NCBI GenBank assembly: GCA_964016885.1
Contig: OZ024753.1
Span: 22,320,001 to 22,384,000 of the forward strand
Source of the DNA: Eledone cirrhosa
Lineage: Eukaryota
Reading direction: 5' to 3'
DNA length: 64,000 bases
Of the stretch, positions 36,401 through 50,600 are shown piece by piece (position 1 is the stretch's first letter; each line of letters starts with the position of its first letter). Both the position numbers and the translations under genes were made by a program. The notes under the pieces were generated by a model. That model did no database searches. It saw only the letters and a program-made list of their open reading frames with translations, and was not told the DNA's origin.

Positions 36401-39400
36401 TCCGAGGTTCAAGTCCGGGGAAGGTTGTATTTGTGACCAGCAGTCACCCACATCCGAGATTCAAGTCCGGGGAAGGTTGTATTTGTGACCAGCAGTCACC
36501 CATATCCGAGGTTCAAGTCCGGGGAAGGTTGTATTTGTGACCAGCAGTCACCCATATCCGAGGCCCAAGGCCGGGAAGGTTGTATTTGTGACCAGCAGTC
36601 ACCCATATCAGAGATTCAAGTCCGGGGAAGGTTGTATTTGTGACCAGCAGTCACCCATATCCGAGGTTCAAGTCCAGGGAAGGTTGTATTTGTGACCAGC
36701 AGTCACCCATATCAGAGGCCCAAGTCCGGGGAAGGTTGAATTTGTGACCAGCAGTCACCCATATCCGAGGCCCAAGTCCGGGGAAGGTTGCATTTGTGAC
36801 CAGCAGTCACCCATATCCGAGGTTCAAGTCCGGGGAAGGTTGTATTTGTGACCAGCAATCACCCATATCCGAGGCCCAAGGCCGGGAAGGTTGTATTTGT
36901 TACCAGCAGTCACCCATATCCGAGGTTCAAGTCCGGGGAAGGTTGTATTTGTGACCAGCAGTCACCCATATCCGAGGCCCAAGGCCGGGAAGGTTGTATT
37001 TGTGACCAGCAGTCACCCATATCCGAGGCCCAAGGCCGGGAAGGTTGTATTTGTGACCAGCAGTCACCCATATCAGAGATTCAAGTCCGGGGAAGGTTGT
37101 ATTTGTGACCAGCAGTCACCCATATCCGAGGTTCAAGTCCAGGGAAGGTTGTATTTGTTACCAGCAGTCACCCATATCCGAGGTTCAAGTCCGGGGAATC
37201 TTGTATTTGTGACCAGCAGTCACCCATATCCGAGGCCCAAGTCCGGGGAAGGTTGTATTTGTGACCAGCAGTCACCCATATCCGAGGTTCAAGTCCGGGG
37301 CAGGTTGTATTTGTGACCAGCAGTCACCCATATCCGAAGCCCAAGTCCGGGGAAGGTTGTATTTGTGACCAGCCGTCACCCATATCCGAGGCCCAAGGCC
37401 GGGGAAGGTTGTATTTGTGACCAGCAGTCACCCATATCCGAGGCCCAAGTCCGGGGAAGGTTGTATTTGTGACCAGCATTCACCCATATCCGAGGCCCAA
37501 GTCCGGGGAAGGTTGTATTTGTGACCAGCAGTCACCCATATCTGAGGCCCAAGTCCGGGGAAGGTTGTATTTGTGACCAGCAGTCACCCATATCCGAGGT
37601 TCAAGTCCAGGGAAGGTTGTATTTGTGACCAGCAGTCACACATATCCGAGGTTCAAGTCCGGGGAAGGTTGTATTTGTGACCAGCAGTCACCCATATCCG
37701 AGGCCCAAGTCCGGGGAAGGTTGTATTTGTGACCAGCAGTCACGCATATCCGAGGCCCAAGTCCGGGGAAGGTTGTATTTGTGACCAGCAGTCACCCATA
37801 TCCGAGGCCCAAGTCCGGGGAAGGTTGTATTTGTGACCAGCAGTCACCCATATCCGAGGTTCAAGTCCGGGGAAGGTTGTATTTGTGACCAGCAGTCACC
37901 CATATCCAAGATTCAAGTTCGGGGAAGGTTGTATTTGTGACCTGCAGTCACCCATATCCGAGGTTCAAGTCCGGGGAAGGTTTATATTTGTGACCAGCAG
38001 TCACCCATATCCGAGGCCCAAGTCCGGGGAAGGTTGTATTTGTGACCAGCAGTCACGCATATCCGAGGCCCAAGTCCGGGGAAGGTTGTATTTGTGACCA
38101 GCAGTCACCCATATCCGAGGCCCAAGTCCGGGGAAGGTTGTATTTGTGACCAGCAGTCACCCATATCCGAGGTTCAAGTCCGGGGAAGGTTGTATTTTTG
38201 ACCAGCAGTCACCCATATCCGAGATTCAAGTCCGGGGAAGGTTGTATTTGTGACCTGCAGTCACCCATATCCGAGGTTCAAGTCCGGGGAAGGTTGTATT
38301 TGTGACCAGCAGTCACCCATATCCGAGGCCCAAGGCCGGGAAGGTTGTATTTGTGACCAGCAGTCACCCATATCCGAGATTCAAGTCTGGGGAAGGTTGT
38401 ATTTGTGACCAGCAGTCACCCATATCCGAGGTTCAAGTCCAGGGAAGGTTGTATTTGTAACCAGCAGTCACCCATATCCGAGGTTCAAGTCCGGGGAAGG
38501 TTGTATTTGTGACCAGCAGTCACCCACATCCGAGATTCAAGTCCGGGGAAGGTTGTATTTGTGACCAGCAGTCACCCATATCCGAGGTTCAAGTCCGGGG
38601 AAGGTTGTATTTGTGACCAGCAGTCACCCATATCCGAGGCCCAAGGCCGGGAAGGTTGTATTTGTGACCAGCAGTCACCCATATCAGAGATTCAAGTCCG
38701 GGGAAGGTTGTATTTGTGACCAGCAGTCACCCATATCCGAGGTTCAAGTCCAGGGAAGGTTGTATTTGTGACCAGCAGTCACCCATATCAGAGGCCCAAG
38801 TCCGGGGAAGGTTGAATTTGTGACCAGCAGTCACCCATATCCGAGGCCCAAGTCCGGGGAAGGTTGCATTTGTGACCAGCAGTCACCCATATCCGAGGTT
38901 CAAGTCCGGGGAAGGTTGTATTTGTGACCAGCAATCACCCATATCCGAGGCCCAAGGCCGGGAAGGTTGTATTTGTTACCAGCAGTCACCCATATCCGAG
39001 GTTCAAGTCCGGGGAAGGTTGTATTTGTGACCAGCAGTCACCCATATCCGAGGCCCAAGGCCGGGAAGGTTGTATTTGTGACCAGCAGTCACCCATATCC
39101 GAGGCCCAAGGCCGGGAAGGTTGTATTTGTGACCAGCAGTCACCCATATCAGAGATTCAAGTCCGGGGAAGGTTGTATTTGTGACCAGCAGTCACCCATA
39201 TCCGAGGTTCAAGTCCAGGGAAGGTTGTATTTGTTACCAGCAGTCACCCATATCCGAGGTTCAAGTCCGGGGAATCTTGTATTTGTGACCAGCAGTCACC
39301 CATATCCGAGGCCCAAGTCCGGGGAAGGTTGTATTTGTGACCAGCAGTCACCCATATCCGAGGTTCAAGTCCGGGGCAGGTTGTATTTGTGACCAGCAGT

Positions 39401-42400
39401 CACCCATATCCGAAGCCCAAGTCCGGGGAAGGTTGTATTTGTGACCAGCCGTCACCCATATCCGAGGCCCAAGGCCGGGGAAGGTTGTATTTGTGACCAG
39501 CAGTCACCCATATCCGAGGCCCAAGTCCGGGGAAGGTTGTATTTGTGACCAGCATTCACCCATATCCGAGGCCCAAGTCCGGGGAAGGTTGTATTTGTGA
39601 CCAGCAGTCACCCATATCTGAGGCCCAAGTCCGGGGAAGGTTGTATTTGTGACCAGCAGTCACCCATATCCGAGGTTCAAGTCCAGGGAAGGTTGTATTT
39701 GTGACCAGCAGTCACACATATCCGAGGTTCAAGTCCGGGGAAGGTTGTATTTGTGACCAGCAGTCACCCATATCCGAGGCCCAAGTCCGGGGAAGGTTGT
39801 ATTTGTGACCAGCAGTCACGCATATCCGAGGCCCAAGTCCGGGGAAGGTTGTATTTGTGACCAGCAGTCACCCATATCCGAGGCCCAAGTCCGGGGAAGG
39901 TTGTATTTGTGACCAGCAGTCACCCATATCCGAGGTTCAAGTCCGGGGAAGGTTGTATTTGTGACCAGCAGTCACCCATATCCAAGATTCAAGTTCGGGG
40001 AAGGTTGTATTTGTGACCTGCAGTCACCCATATCCGAGGTTCAAGTCCGGGGAAGGTTGTATTTGTGACCAGCAGTCACCCATATCCGAGGCCCAAGGCC
40101 GGGAAGGTTGTATTTGTGACCAGCAGTCACCCATATCCGAGATTCAAGTCTGGGGAAGGTTGTATTTGTGACCAGCAGTCACCCATATCCGAGGCCCAAG
40201 GCCGGGAAGGTTGTATTTGTTACCAGCAGTCACCCATATCCGAGGTTCAAGTCCGGGGAAGGTTGTATTTGTGACCAGCAGTCAACCATATCCGAGGCCC
40301 AAGGCCGGGAAGGTTGTATTTGTGACCAGCAGTCACCCATATCCGAGGCCCAAGGCCGGGAAGGTTGTATTTGTGACCAGCAGTCACTCATATCAGAGAT
40401 TCAAGTCCGGGGAAGGTTGTAATTGTGACCAGCAGTCACCCATATCCGAGGTTCAAGTCCAGGGAAGGTTGTATTTGTGACCAGCAGTCACCCATATCCG
40501 AGATTCAAGTCCAGGGAAGGTTGTATTTGTGACCAGCAGTCACCCATATCCGAGTTTCAAGTCCGGGGAAGGTTGTATTTGTGACCAGCAGTCACCCATA
40601 TCCGAAGCCCAAGTCCGGGGATGTTGTATTTGTGACCAGCAGTCACCCATATCCGAGGTTCAAGTCCAGGGAAGGTTGTATATGTGACCAGCAGTCACCC
40701 ATATCCGAGGCCCAAGGCCGGGAAGGTTGTATTTGTGACCAGCAGTCACCCATATCCGAGATTCAAGTCTGGGGAAGGTTGAATTTGTGACCAGCAGTCA
40801 CCCATATCCGAGGTTCAAGTCCAGGGAAGGTTGTATTTGTGACCAGTAGTCACCCATTTCCGAGGCCCAAGTCTGGGGAAGGTTGTATTTGTGACCTGCA
40901 GTCACCCATATCCGAGGCCCAAGTCCGGGGAAGGTTGTATTTGTGACCAGCAGTCACCCATATCCGAGGTTCAAGTCCGGGGCAGGTTGTATTTGTGACC
41001 AGCAGTCACCCATATCCGAAGCCCAAGTCCGGGGAAGGTTGTATTTGTGACCAGCAGTCACCCATATCCGAGGCCCAAGGCCGGGGAAGGTTGTATTTGT
41101 GACCAGCAGTCACCCATATCCGAGGCCCAAGTCCGGGGAAGGTTGTATTTGTGACCAGCAGTCACCCATATCCGAGGCCAAAGTCCGGGGAAGGTTGTAT
41201 TTGTGACCAGCAGTCACCCATATCCGAGGCCCAAGTCCGGGGAAGGTTGTATTTGTGACCAGCAGTCACCCATATCCGAGGTTCAAGTCCAGAGAAGGTT
41301 GTATTTGTGACCAGCAGTCACCCATATCCGAGGTTCAAGTCCGGGGAAGGTTGTATTTGTGACCAGCAGTCACCCATATCCGAGGCCCAAGTCCGGGGAA
41401 GGTTGTATTTGTGACCAGCAGTCACGCATATCCGAGGCCCAAGTCCGGGGAAGGTTGTATTTGTGACCAGCAGTCACCCATATCCGAGGCCCAAGTCCGG
41501 GGAAGGTTGTATTTGTGACCAGCAGTCACCCATATCCGAGGTTCAAGTCCGGGGAAGGTTGTATTTGTGACCAGCAGTCACCCATATCCGAGGCCAAAGT
41601 CTGGGGAAGGTTGTATTTGTGACCAGCAGTCACCCATATCCGAGGTTCAAGTCCAGGGAAGGTTGTATTTGTGACCAGCAGTCACCCATATCCGAGGTTC
41701 AAGTCCGGGGAAGGTTGTATTTGTGACCAGCAGTCACCCATATCCGAGATTCAAGTCCGGGGAAGGTTGTATTTGTGACCAGCAGTCACCCATATCCGAG
41801 GTTCAAGTCCGGGGAATGTTGTATTTGTGACCAGCAGTCACCCATATCCGAGGCCCAAGTCCGGGGAAGGTTGTATTTGTGACCAGCAGTCACCCATATC
41901 CGAGGTTCAAGTCCGGGCCAGGTTGTATTTGTGACCAGCAGTCACCCATATCCGAAGCCCAAGTCCGGGGAAGGTTGTATTTGTGACCAGCAGTCACCCA
42001 TATCCGAGGCCCAAGGCCGGGGAAGGTTGTATTTGTGACCAGCAGTCACCCATATCCGAGGCCCAAGTCCGGGGAAGGTTGTATTTGTGACCAGCAGTCA
42101 CCCATATCCGAGGCCCAAGTCCGGGGAAGGTTGTATTTGTGACCAGCAGTCACCCATATCCGAGGCCCAAGTCCGGGGAAGGTTGTATTTGTGACCAGCA
42201 GTCACCCATATCCGAGGTTCAAGTCCAGGGAAGGTTGTATTTGTGACCAGCAGTCACCCATATCCGAGGTTCAAGTCCGGGGAAGGTTGTATTTGTGACC
42301 AGCAGTCACCCATATCCGAGGCCCAAGTCCGGGGAAGGTTGTATTTGTGACCAGCAGTCACGCATATCCGAGGCCCAAGTCCGGTGAAGGTTGTATTTGT

Positions 42401-44608
42401 GACCAGCAGTCACCCATATCCGAGGCCCAAGTCCGGGGAAGGTTGTATTTGTGACCAGCAGTCACCCATATCCGAGGTTCAAGTCCGGGGAAGGTTGTAT
42501 TTGTGACCAGCAGTCACCCATATCCGAGATTCAAGTCCGGGGAAGGTTGTATTTGTGACCTGCAGTCACCCATATACGAGGTTCAAGTCCGGGGAAGGTT
42601 GTATTTGTGACCAGCAGTCACCCATATCCGAGGCCCAAGGCCGGGAAGGTTGTATTTGTGACCAGCAGTCACCCATATCCGAGATTCAAGTCTGGGGAAG
42701 GTTGTATTTGTGACCAGCAGTCACCCATATCCGAGGTTCAAGTCCAGGGAAGGTTGTATTTGTGACCAGCAGTCACCCATATCCGAGGTTCAAGTCCGAG
42801 GAAGGTTGTATTTGTGACCAGCAGTCACCCATATCCGAGGCCCAAGGCCGGGAAGGTTGTATTTGTGACCAGCAGTCACCCATATCCGAGATTCAAGTCC
42901 GGGGAAGGTTGTATTTGTGACCAGCAGTCACCCATATCCGAGGTTCAAGTCCAGGGAAGGTTGTATTTGTGACCAGCAGTCACCCATATCAGAGGCCCAA
43001 GTCCGGGGAAGGTTGTATTTGTGACCAGCAGTCACCCATAACCGAGGCCCAAGTCCGGGGAAGGTTGTATTTGTGACCAGCAGTCACCCATATCCGAGGT
43101 TCAAGTCCGGGGAAGGTTGTATTTGTGACCAGCAGTCACCCATATCCGAGGCCCAAGGCCGGGAAGGTTGTATTTGTTACCAGCAGTCACCCATATCCGA
43201 GATTCAAGTCCGGGGAAGGTTGTATTTGTGACCAGCAGTCACCCATATCCGAGGCCCAAGGTCGGGAAGGTTGTATTTGTGACCAGCAGTCACCCATATC
43301 AGAGATTCAAGTCCGGGGAAGGTTGTATTTGTGACCAGCAGTCACCCATATCCGAGGTTCAAGTCCGGGGAAGGTTGTATTTGTGACCAGCAGTCACCCA
43401 TATCCGAGGCCCAAGGCCGGGAAGGTTGTATTTGTGACCAGCTGTCACCCATATCCGAGATTCAAGTCCGGGGAAGGTTGTATTTGTGACCAGCAGTCAC
43501 CCATATCCGAGGTTCAAGTCCAGGGAAGGTTGTATTTGTGACCAGCAGTCCCCCATATCCGAGGCCCAAGTCCGGAAAGGTTGTATTTGTGACCAGCAGT
43601 CACCCATATCCGAGGCCCAAGTCCGGGGAAGGTTGCATTTGTGACCAGCAGTCACCCATATCCGAGGTTCAAGTCCGGGGAAGGTTGTATTTGTGACCAG
43701 CAGTCACCCATATCCGAGGCCCAAGGCCGGGAAGGTTGTATTTATTACCAGCAGTCACCCATATCCGAGGTTCAAGTCCGGGGAAGGTTGTATTTGTGAC
43801 CAGCAGTCACCCATATCCGAGGCCCAAGGCCGGGAAGGTTGTATTTGTGACCAGCAGTCACCCATATCCGAGGCCCAAGGCCGGGAAGGTTGTATTTGTG
43901 ACCAGCAGTCACCCATATCAGAGATTCAAGTCCGGGGAAGGTTGTATTTGTGACCAGCAGTCACCCATATCCGAGGTTCAAGTCCAGGGAAGGTTGTATT
44001 TGTGACCAGCAGTCACCCATATCCGAGGTTCAAGTCCGGGGAATCTTGTATTTGTGACCAGCAGTCACCCATATCCGAGGCCCAAGGCCGGGGAAGGTTG
44101 TATTTGTGACCAGCAGTCACCCATATCAGAGATTCAAGTCCGGGGAAGGTTGTATTTGTGACCAGCAGTCACCCATATCCGAGGTTCAAGTCCAGGGAAG
44201 GTTGTATTTGTGACCAGCAGTCACCCATATCCGAAGCCCAAGTCCGGGGAAGGTTGTATTTGTGACCAGCCGTCACCCATATCCGAGGCCCAAGGCCGGG
44301 GAAGGTTGTATTTGTGACCAGCAGTCACCCATATCCGAGGCCCAATTCCGGGGAAGGTTGTATTTGTGACCAGCAGTCACCCATATCCGAGGCCCAAGTC
44401 CGGGGAAGGTTGTATTTGTGACCAGCAGTCACCCATATCTGAGGCCCAAGTCCGGGGAAGGTTGTATTTGTGACCAGCAGTCACCCATATCCGAGGTTCA
44501 AGTCCAGGGAAGGTTGTATTTGTGACCAGCAGTCACCCATATCCGAGGTTCAAGTCCGGGGAAGGTTGTATTTGTGACCAGCAGTCACCCATATCCGAGG
44601 CCCAAGGC
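30500..44608 (+). repeat. Composite partial macro-repeat: three restarts of the first 2.4-6.6 kb of the macro-unit
   Basis: The marker ORF MTSNHPY (86 aa) recurs at 31763, 36848 and 38924. 38.0-44.3 kb matches about 0.3-6.6 kb at offsets 37,660-37,712. Confidence 0.75.
35910..40061 (+). repeat. Tandem duplication of a 2,076-bp (40-monomer) unit
   Basis: ORF pair 36848/38924. The private TCCAAGATTCAAGTTC variant occurs only at about 37905 and 39981, and the CACGCAT marker at 35981 and 38057. Confidence 0.85.
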
Positions 44609-47600
44609 CGGGGAAGGTTGTATTTGTGACCAGCCGTCACCCATATCCGAGGCCCAAGGCCGGGGAAGGTTGTATTTGTGACCAGCAGTCACCCATATCC
44701 GAGGCCCAAGTCCGGGGAAGGTTGTATTTGTGTCCAGCAGTCACCCATATCCGAGGCCCAAGTCCGGGGAAGGTTGTATTTGTGACCAGCAGTCACCCAT
44801 ATCTGAGGCCCAAGTCCGGGGAAGGTTGTATTTGTGACCAGCAGTCACCCATATCCGAGGTTCAAGTCCAGGGAAGGTTGTATTTGTGACCAGCAGTCAC
44901 CCATATCCGAGGTTCAAGTCCGGGGAAGGTTGTATTTGTGACCAGCAGTCACCCATATCCGAGGCCCAAGTCCGGGGAAGGTTGTATTTGTGACCAGCAG
45001 TCACGCATATCCGAGGCCCAAGTCCGGGGAAGGTTGTATTTGTGACCAGCAGTCACCCATATCCGAGGCCCAAGTCCGGGGAAGGTTGTATTTGTGACCA
45101 GCAGTCACCCATATCCGAGGTTCAAGTCCGGGGAAGGTTGTATTTTTGACCAGCAGTCACCCATATCCGAGATTCAAGTCCGGGGAAGGTTGTATTTGTG
45201 ACCTGCAGTCACCCATATCCGAGGTTCAAGTCCGGGGAAGGTTGTATTTGTGACCAGCAGTCACCCATATCCGAGGCCCAAGGCCGGGAAGGTTGTATTT
45301 GTGACCAGCAGTCACCCATATCCGAGATTCAAGTCTGGGGAAGGTTGTATTTGTGACCAGCAGTCACCCATATCCGAGGTTCAAGTCCAGGGAAGGTTGT
45401 ATTTGTGACCAGCAGTCACCCATATCCGAGGTTCAAGTCCGGGGAAGGTTGTATTTGTGACCAGCAGTCACCCACATCCGAGATTCAAGTCCGGGGAAGG
45501 TTGTATTTGTGACCAGCAGTCACCCATATCCGAGGTTCAAGTCCGGGGAAGGTTGTATTTGTGACCAGCAGTCACCCATATCCGAGGCCCAAGGCCGGGA
45601 AGGTTGTATTTGTGACCAGCAGTCACCCATATCAGAGATTCAAGTCCGGGGAAGGTTGTATTTGTGACCAGCAGTCACCCATATCCGAGGTTCAAGTCCA
45701 GGGAAGGTTGTATTTGTGACCAGCAGTCACCCATATCAGAGGCCCAAGTCCGGGGAAGGTTGAATTTGTGACCAGCAGTCACCCATATCCGAGGCCCAAG
45801 TCCGGGGAAGGTTGCATTTGTGACCAGCAGTCACCCATATCCGAGGTTCAAGTCCGGGGAAGGTTGTATTTGTGACCAGCAATCACCCATATCCGAGGCC
45901 CAAGGCCGGGAAGGTTGTATTTGTTACCAGCAGTCACCCATATCCGAGGTTCAAGTCCGGGGAAGGTTGTATTTGTGACCAGCAGTCACCCATATCCGAG
46001 GCCCAAGGCCGGGAAGGTTGTATTTGTGACCAGCAGTCACCCATATCCGAGGCCCAAGGCCGGGAAGGTTGTATTTGTGACCAGCAGTCACCCATATCAG
46101 AGATTCAAGTCCGGGGAATCTTGTATTTGTGACCAGCAGTCACCCATATCCGAGGCCCAAGTCCGGGGAAGGTTGTATTTGTGACCAGCAGTCACCCATA
46201 TCCGAGGTTCAAGTCCGGGGCAGGTTGTATTTGTGACCAGCAGTCACCCATATCCGAAGCCCAAGTCCGGGGAAGGTTGTATTTGTGACCAGCCGTCACC
46301 CATATCCGAGGCCCAAGGCCGGGGAAGGTTGTATTTGTGACCAGCAGTCACCCATATCCGAGGCCCAAGTCCGGGGAAGGTTGTATTTGTGACCAGCATT
46401 CACCCATATCCGAGGCCCAAGTCCGGGGAAGGTTGTATTTGTGACCAGCAGTCACCCATATCTGAGGCCCAAGTCCGGGGAAGGTTGTATTTGTGACCAG
46501 CAGTCACCCATATCCGAGGTTCAAGTCCAGGGAAGGTTGTATTTGTGACCAGCAGTCACACATATCCGAGGTTCAAGTCCGGGGAAGGTTGTATTTGTGA
46601 CCAGCAGTCACCCATATCCGAGGCCCAAGTCCGGGGAAGGTTGTATTTGTGACCAGCAGTCACGCATATCCGAGGCCCAAGTCCGGGGAAGGTTGTATTT
46701 GTGACCAGCAGTCACCCATATCCGAGGCCCAAGTCCGGGGAAGGTTGTATTTGTGACCAGCAGTCACCCATATCCGAGGTTCAAGTCCGGGGAAGGTTGT
46801 ATTTGTGACCAGCAGTCACCCATATCCGAGATTCAAGTTCGGGGAAGGTTGTATTTGTGACCTGCAGTCACCCATATCCGAGGTTCAAGTCCGGGGAAGG
46901 TTGTATTTGTGACCAGCAGTCACCCATATCCGAGGCCCAAGGCCGGGAAGGTTGTATTTGTGACCAGCAGTCACCCATATCCGAGATTCAAGTCTGGGGA
47001 AGGTTGTATTTGTGACCAGCAGTCACCCATATCCGAGGCCCAAGGCCGGGAAGGTTGTATTTGTTACCAGCAGTCACCCATATCCGAGGTTCAAGTCCGG
47101 GGAAGGTTGTATTTGTGACCAGCAGTCAACCATATCCGAGGCCCAAGGCCGGGAAGGTTGTATTTGTGACCAGCAGTCACCCATATCCGAGGCCCAAGGC
47201 CGGGAAGGTTGTATTTGTGACCAGCAGTCACTCATATCAGAGATTCAAGTCCGGGGAAGGTTGTATTTGTGACCAGCAGTCACCCATATCCGAGGTTCAA
47301 GTCCAGGGAAGGTTGTATTTGTGACCAGCAGTCACCCATATCCGAGATTCAAGTCCAGGGAAGGTTGTATTTGTGACCAGCAGTCACCCATATCCGAGTT
47401 TCAAGTCCGGGGAAGGTTGTATTTGTGACCAGCAGTCACCCATATCCGAAGCCCAAGTCCGGGGATGTTGTATTTGTGACCAGCAGTCACCCATATCCGA
47501 GGTTCAAGTCCAGGGAAGGTTGTATATGTGACCAGCAGTCACCCATATCCGAGGCCCAAGGCCGGGAAGGTTGTATTTGTGACCAGCAGTCACCCATATC

Positions 47601-50600
47601 CGAGATTCAAGTCTGGGGAAGGTTGAATTTGTGACCAGCAGTCACCCATATCCGAGGTTCAAGTCCAGGGAAGGTTGTATTTGTGACCAGCAGTCACCCA
47701 TATCCGAGGTTCAAGTCCGGGGCAGGTTGTATTTGTGACCAGCAGTCACCCATATCCGAAGCCCAAGTCCGGGGAAGGTTGTATTTGTGACCAGCAGTCA
47801 CCCATATCCGAGGTTCAAGTCCGGGGCAGGTTGTATTTGTGACCAGCAGTCACCCATATCCGAAGCCCAAGTCCGGGGAAGGTTGTATTTGTGACCAGCA
47901 GTCACGCATATCCGAGGCCCAAGTCCGGGGAAGGTTGTATTTGTGACCAGCAGTCACGCATATCCGAGGCCCAAGTCCGGGGAAGGTTGTATTTGTGACC
48001 AGCAGTCACCCATATCCGAGGTTCAAGTCCGGGGAAGGTTGTATTTGTGACCAGCAGTCACCCATATCCGAGGCCAAAGTCTGGGGAAGGTTGTATTTGT
48101 GACCAGCAGTCACCCATATCCGAGGTTCAAGTCCAGGGAAGGTTGTATTTGTGACCAGCAGTCACCCATATCCGAGGTTCAAGTCCGGGGAAGGTTGTAT
48201 TTGTGACCAGCAGTCACCCATATCCGAGATTCAAGTCCGGGGAAGGTTGTATTTGTGACCAGCAGTCACCCATATCCGAGGTTCAAGTCCGGGGAATGTT
48301 GTATTTGTGACCAGCAGTCACCCATATCCGAGGCCCAAGTCCGGGGAAGGTTGTATTTGTGACCAGCAGTCACCCATATCCGAGGTTCAAGTCCGGGCCA
48401 GGTTGTATTTGTGACCAGCAGTCACCCATATCCGAAGCCCAAGTCCGGGGAAGGTTGTATTTGTGACCAGCAGTCACCCATATCCGAGGCCCAAGGCCGG
48501 GGAAGGTTGTATTTGTGACCAGCAGTCACCCATATCCGAGGCCCAAGTCCGGGGAAGGTTGTATTTGTGACCAGCAGTCACCCATATCCGAGGCCCAAGT
48601 CCGGGGAAGGTTGTATTTGTGACCAGCAGTCACCCATATCCGAGGCCCAAGTCCGGGGAAGGTTGTATTTGTGACCAGCAGTCACCCATATCCGAGGTTC
48701 AAGTCCAGGGAAGGTTGTATTTGTGACCAGCAGTCACCCATATCCGAGGTTCAAGTCCGGGGAAGGTTGTATTTGTGACCAGCAGTCACCCATATCCGAG
48801 GCCCAAGTCCGGGGAAGGTTGTATTTGTGACCAGCAGTCACGCATATCCGAGGCCCAAGTCCGGTGAAGGTTGTATTTGTGACCAGCAGTCACCCATATC
48901 CGAGGCCCAAGTCCGGGGAAGGTTGTATTTGTGACCAGCAGTCACCCATATCCGAGGTTCAAGTCCGGGGAAGGTTGTATTTGTGACCAGCAGTCACCCA
49001 TATCCGAGATTCAAGTCCGGGGAAGGTTGTATTTGTGACCTGCAGTCACCCATATACGAGGTTCAAGTCCGGGGAAGGTTGTATTTGTGACCAGCAGTCA
49101 CCCATATCCGAGGCCCAAGGCCGGGAAGGTTGTATTTGTGACCAGCAGTCACCCATATCCGAGATTCAAGTCTGGGGAAGGTTGTATTTGTGACCAGCAG
49201 TCACCCATATCCGAGGTTCAAGTCCAGGGAAGGTTGTATTTGTGACCAGCAGTCACCCATATCCGAGGTTCAAGTCCGGGGAAGGTTGTATTTGTGACCA
49301 GCAGTCACCCATATCCGAGGCCCAAGGCCGGGAAGGTTGTATTTGTGACCAGCAGTCACCCATATCCGAGATTCAAGTCCGGGGAAGGTTGTATTTGTGA
49401 CCAGCAGTCACCCATATCCGAGGTTCAAGTCCAGGGAAGGTTGTATTTGTGACCAGCAGTCACCCATATCAGAGGCCCAAGTCCGGGGAAGGTTGTATTT
49501 GTGACCAGCAGTCACCCATATCCGAGGCCCAAGTCCGGGGAAGGTTGTATTTGTGACCAGCAGTCACCCATATCCGAGGTTCAAGTCCGGGGAAGGTTGT
49601 ATTTGTGACCAGCAGTCACCCATATCCGAGGCCCAAGGCCGGGAAGGTTGTATTTGTTACCAGCAGTCACCCATATCCGAGATTCAAGTCCGGGGAAGGT
49701 TGTATTTGTGACCAGCAGTCACCCATATCCGAGGCCCAAGGTCGGGAAGGTTGTCTTTGTGACCAGCAGTCACCCATATCAGAGATTCAAGTCCGGGGAA
49801 GGTTGTATTTGTGACCAGCAGTCACCCATATCCGAGGTTCAAGTCCGGGGAAGGTTGTATTTGTGACCAGCAGTCACCCATATCCGAGGCCCAAGGCCGG
49901 GAAGGTTGTATTTGTGACCAGCTGTCACCCATATCCGAGATTCAAGTCCGGGGAAGGTTGTATTTGTGACCAGCAGTCACCCATATCCGAGGTTCAAGTC
50001 CAGGGAAGGTTGTATTTGTGACCAGCAGTCCCCCATATCCGAGGCCCAAGTCCGGGGAAGGTTGTATTTGTGACCAGCAGTCACCCATATCCGAGGCCCA
50101 AGTCCGGGGAAGGTTGCATTTGTGACCAGCAGTCACCCATATCCGAGGTTCAAGTCCGGGGAAGGTTGTATTTGTGACCAGCAGTCACCCATATCCGAGG
50201 CCCAAGGCCGGGAAGGTTGTATTTGTTACCAGCAGTCACCCATATCCGAGGTTCAAGTCCGGGGAAGGTTGTATTTGTGACCAGCAGTCACCCATATCCG
50301 AGGCCCAAGGCCGGGAAGGTTGTATTTGTGACCAGCAGTCACCCATATCCGAGGCCCAAGGCCGGGAAGGTTGTATTTGTGACCAGCAGTCACCCATATC
50401 AGAGATTCAAGTCCGGGGAAGGTTGTATTTGTGACCAGCAGTCACCCATATCCGAGGTTCAAGTCCAGGGAAGGTTGTATTTGTGACCAGCAGTCACCCA
50501 TATCCGAGGTTCAAGTCCGGGGAATCTTGTATTTGTGACCAGCAGTCACCCATATCCGAGGCCCAAGGCCGGGGAAGGTTGTATTTGTGACCAGCAGTCA

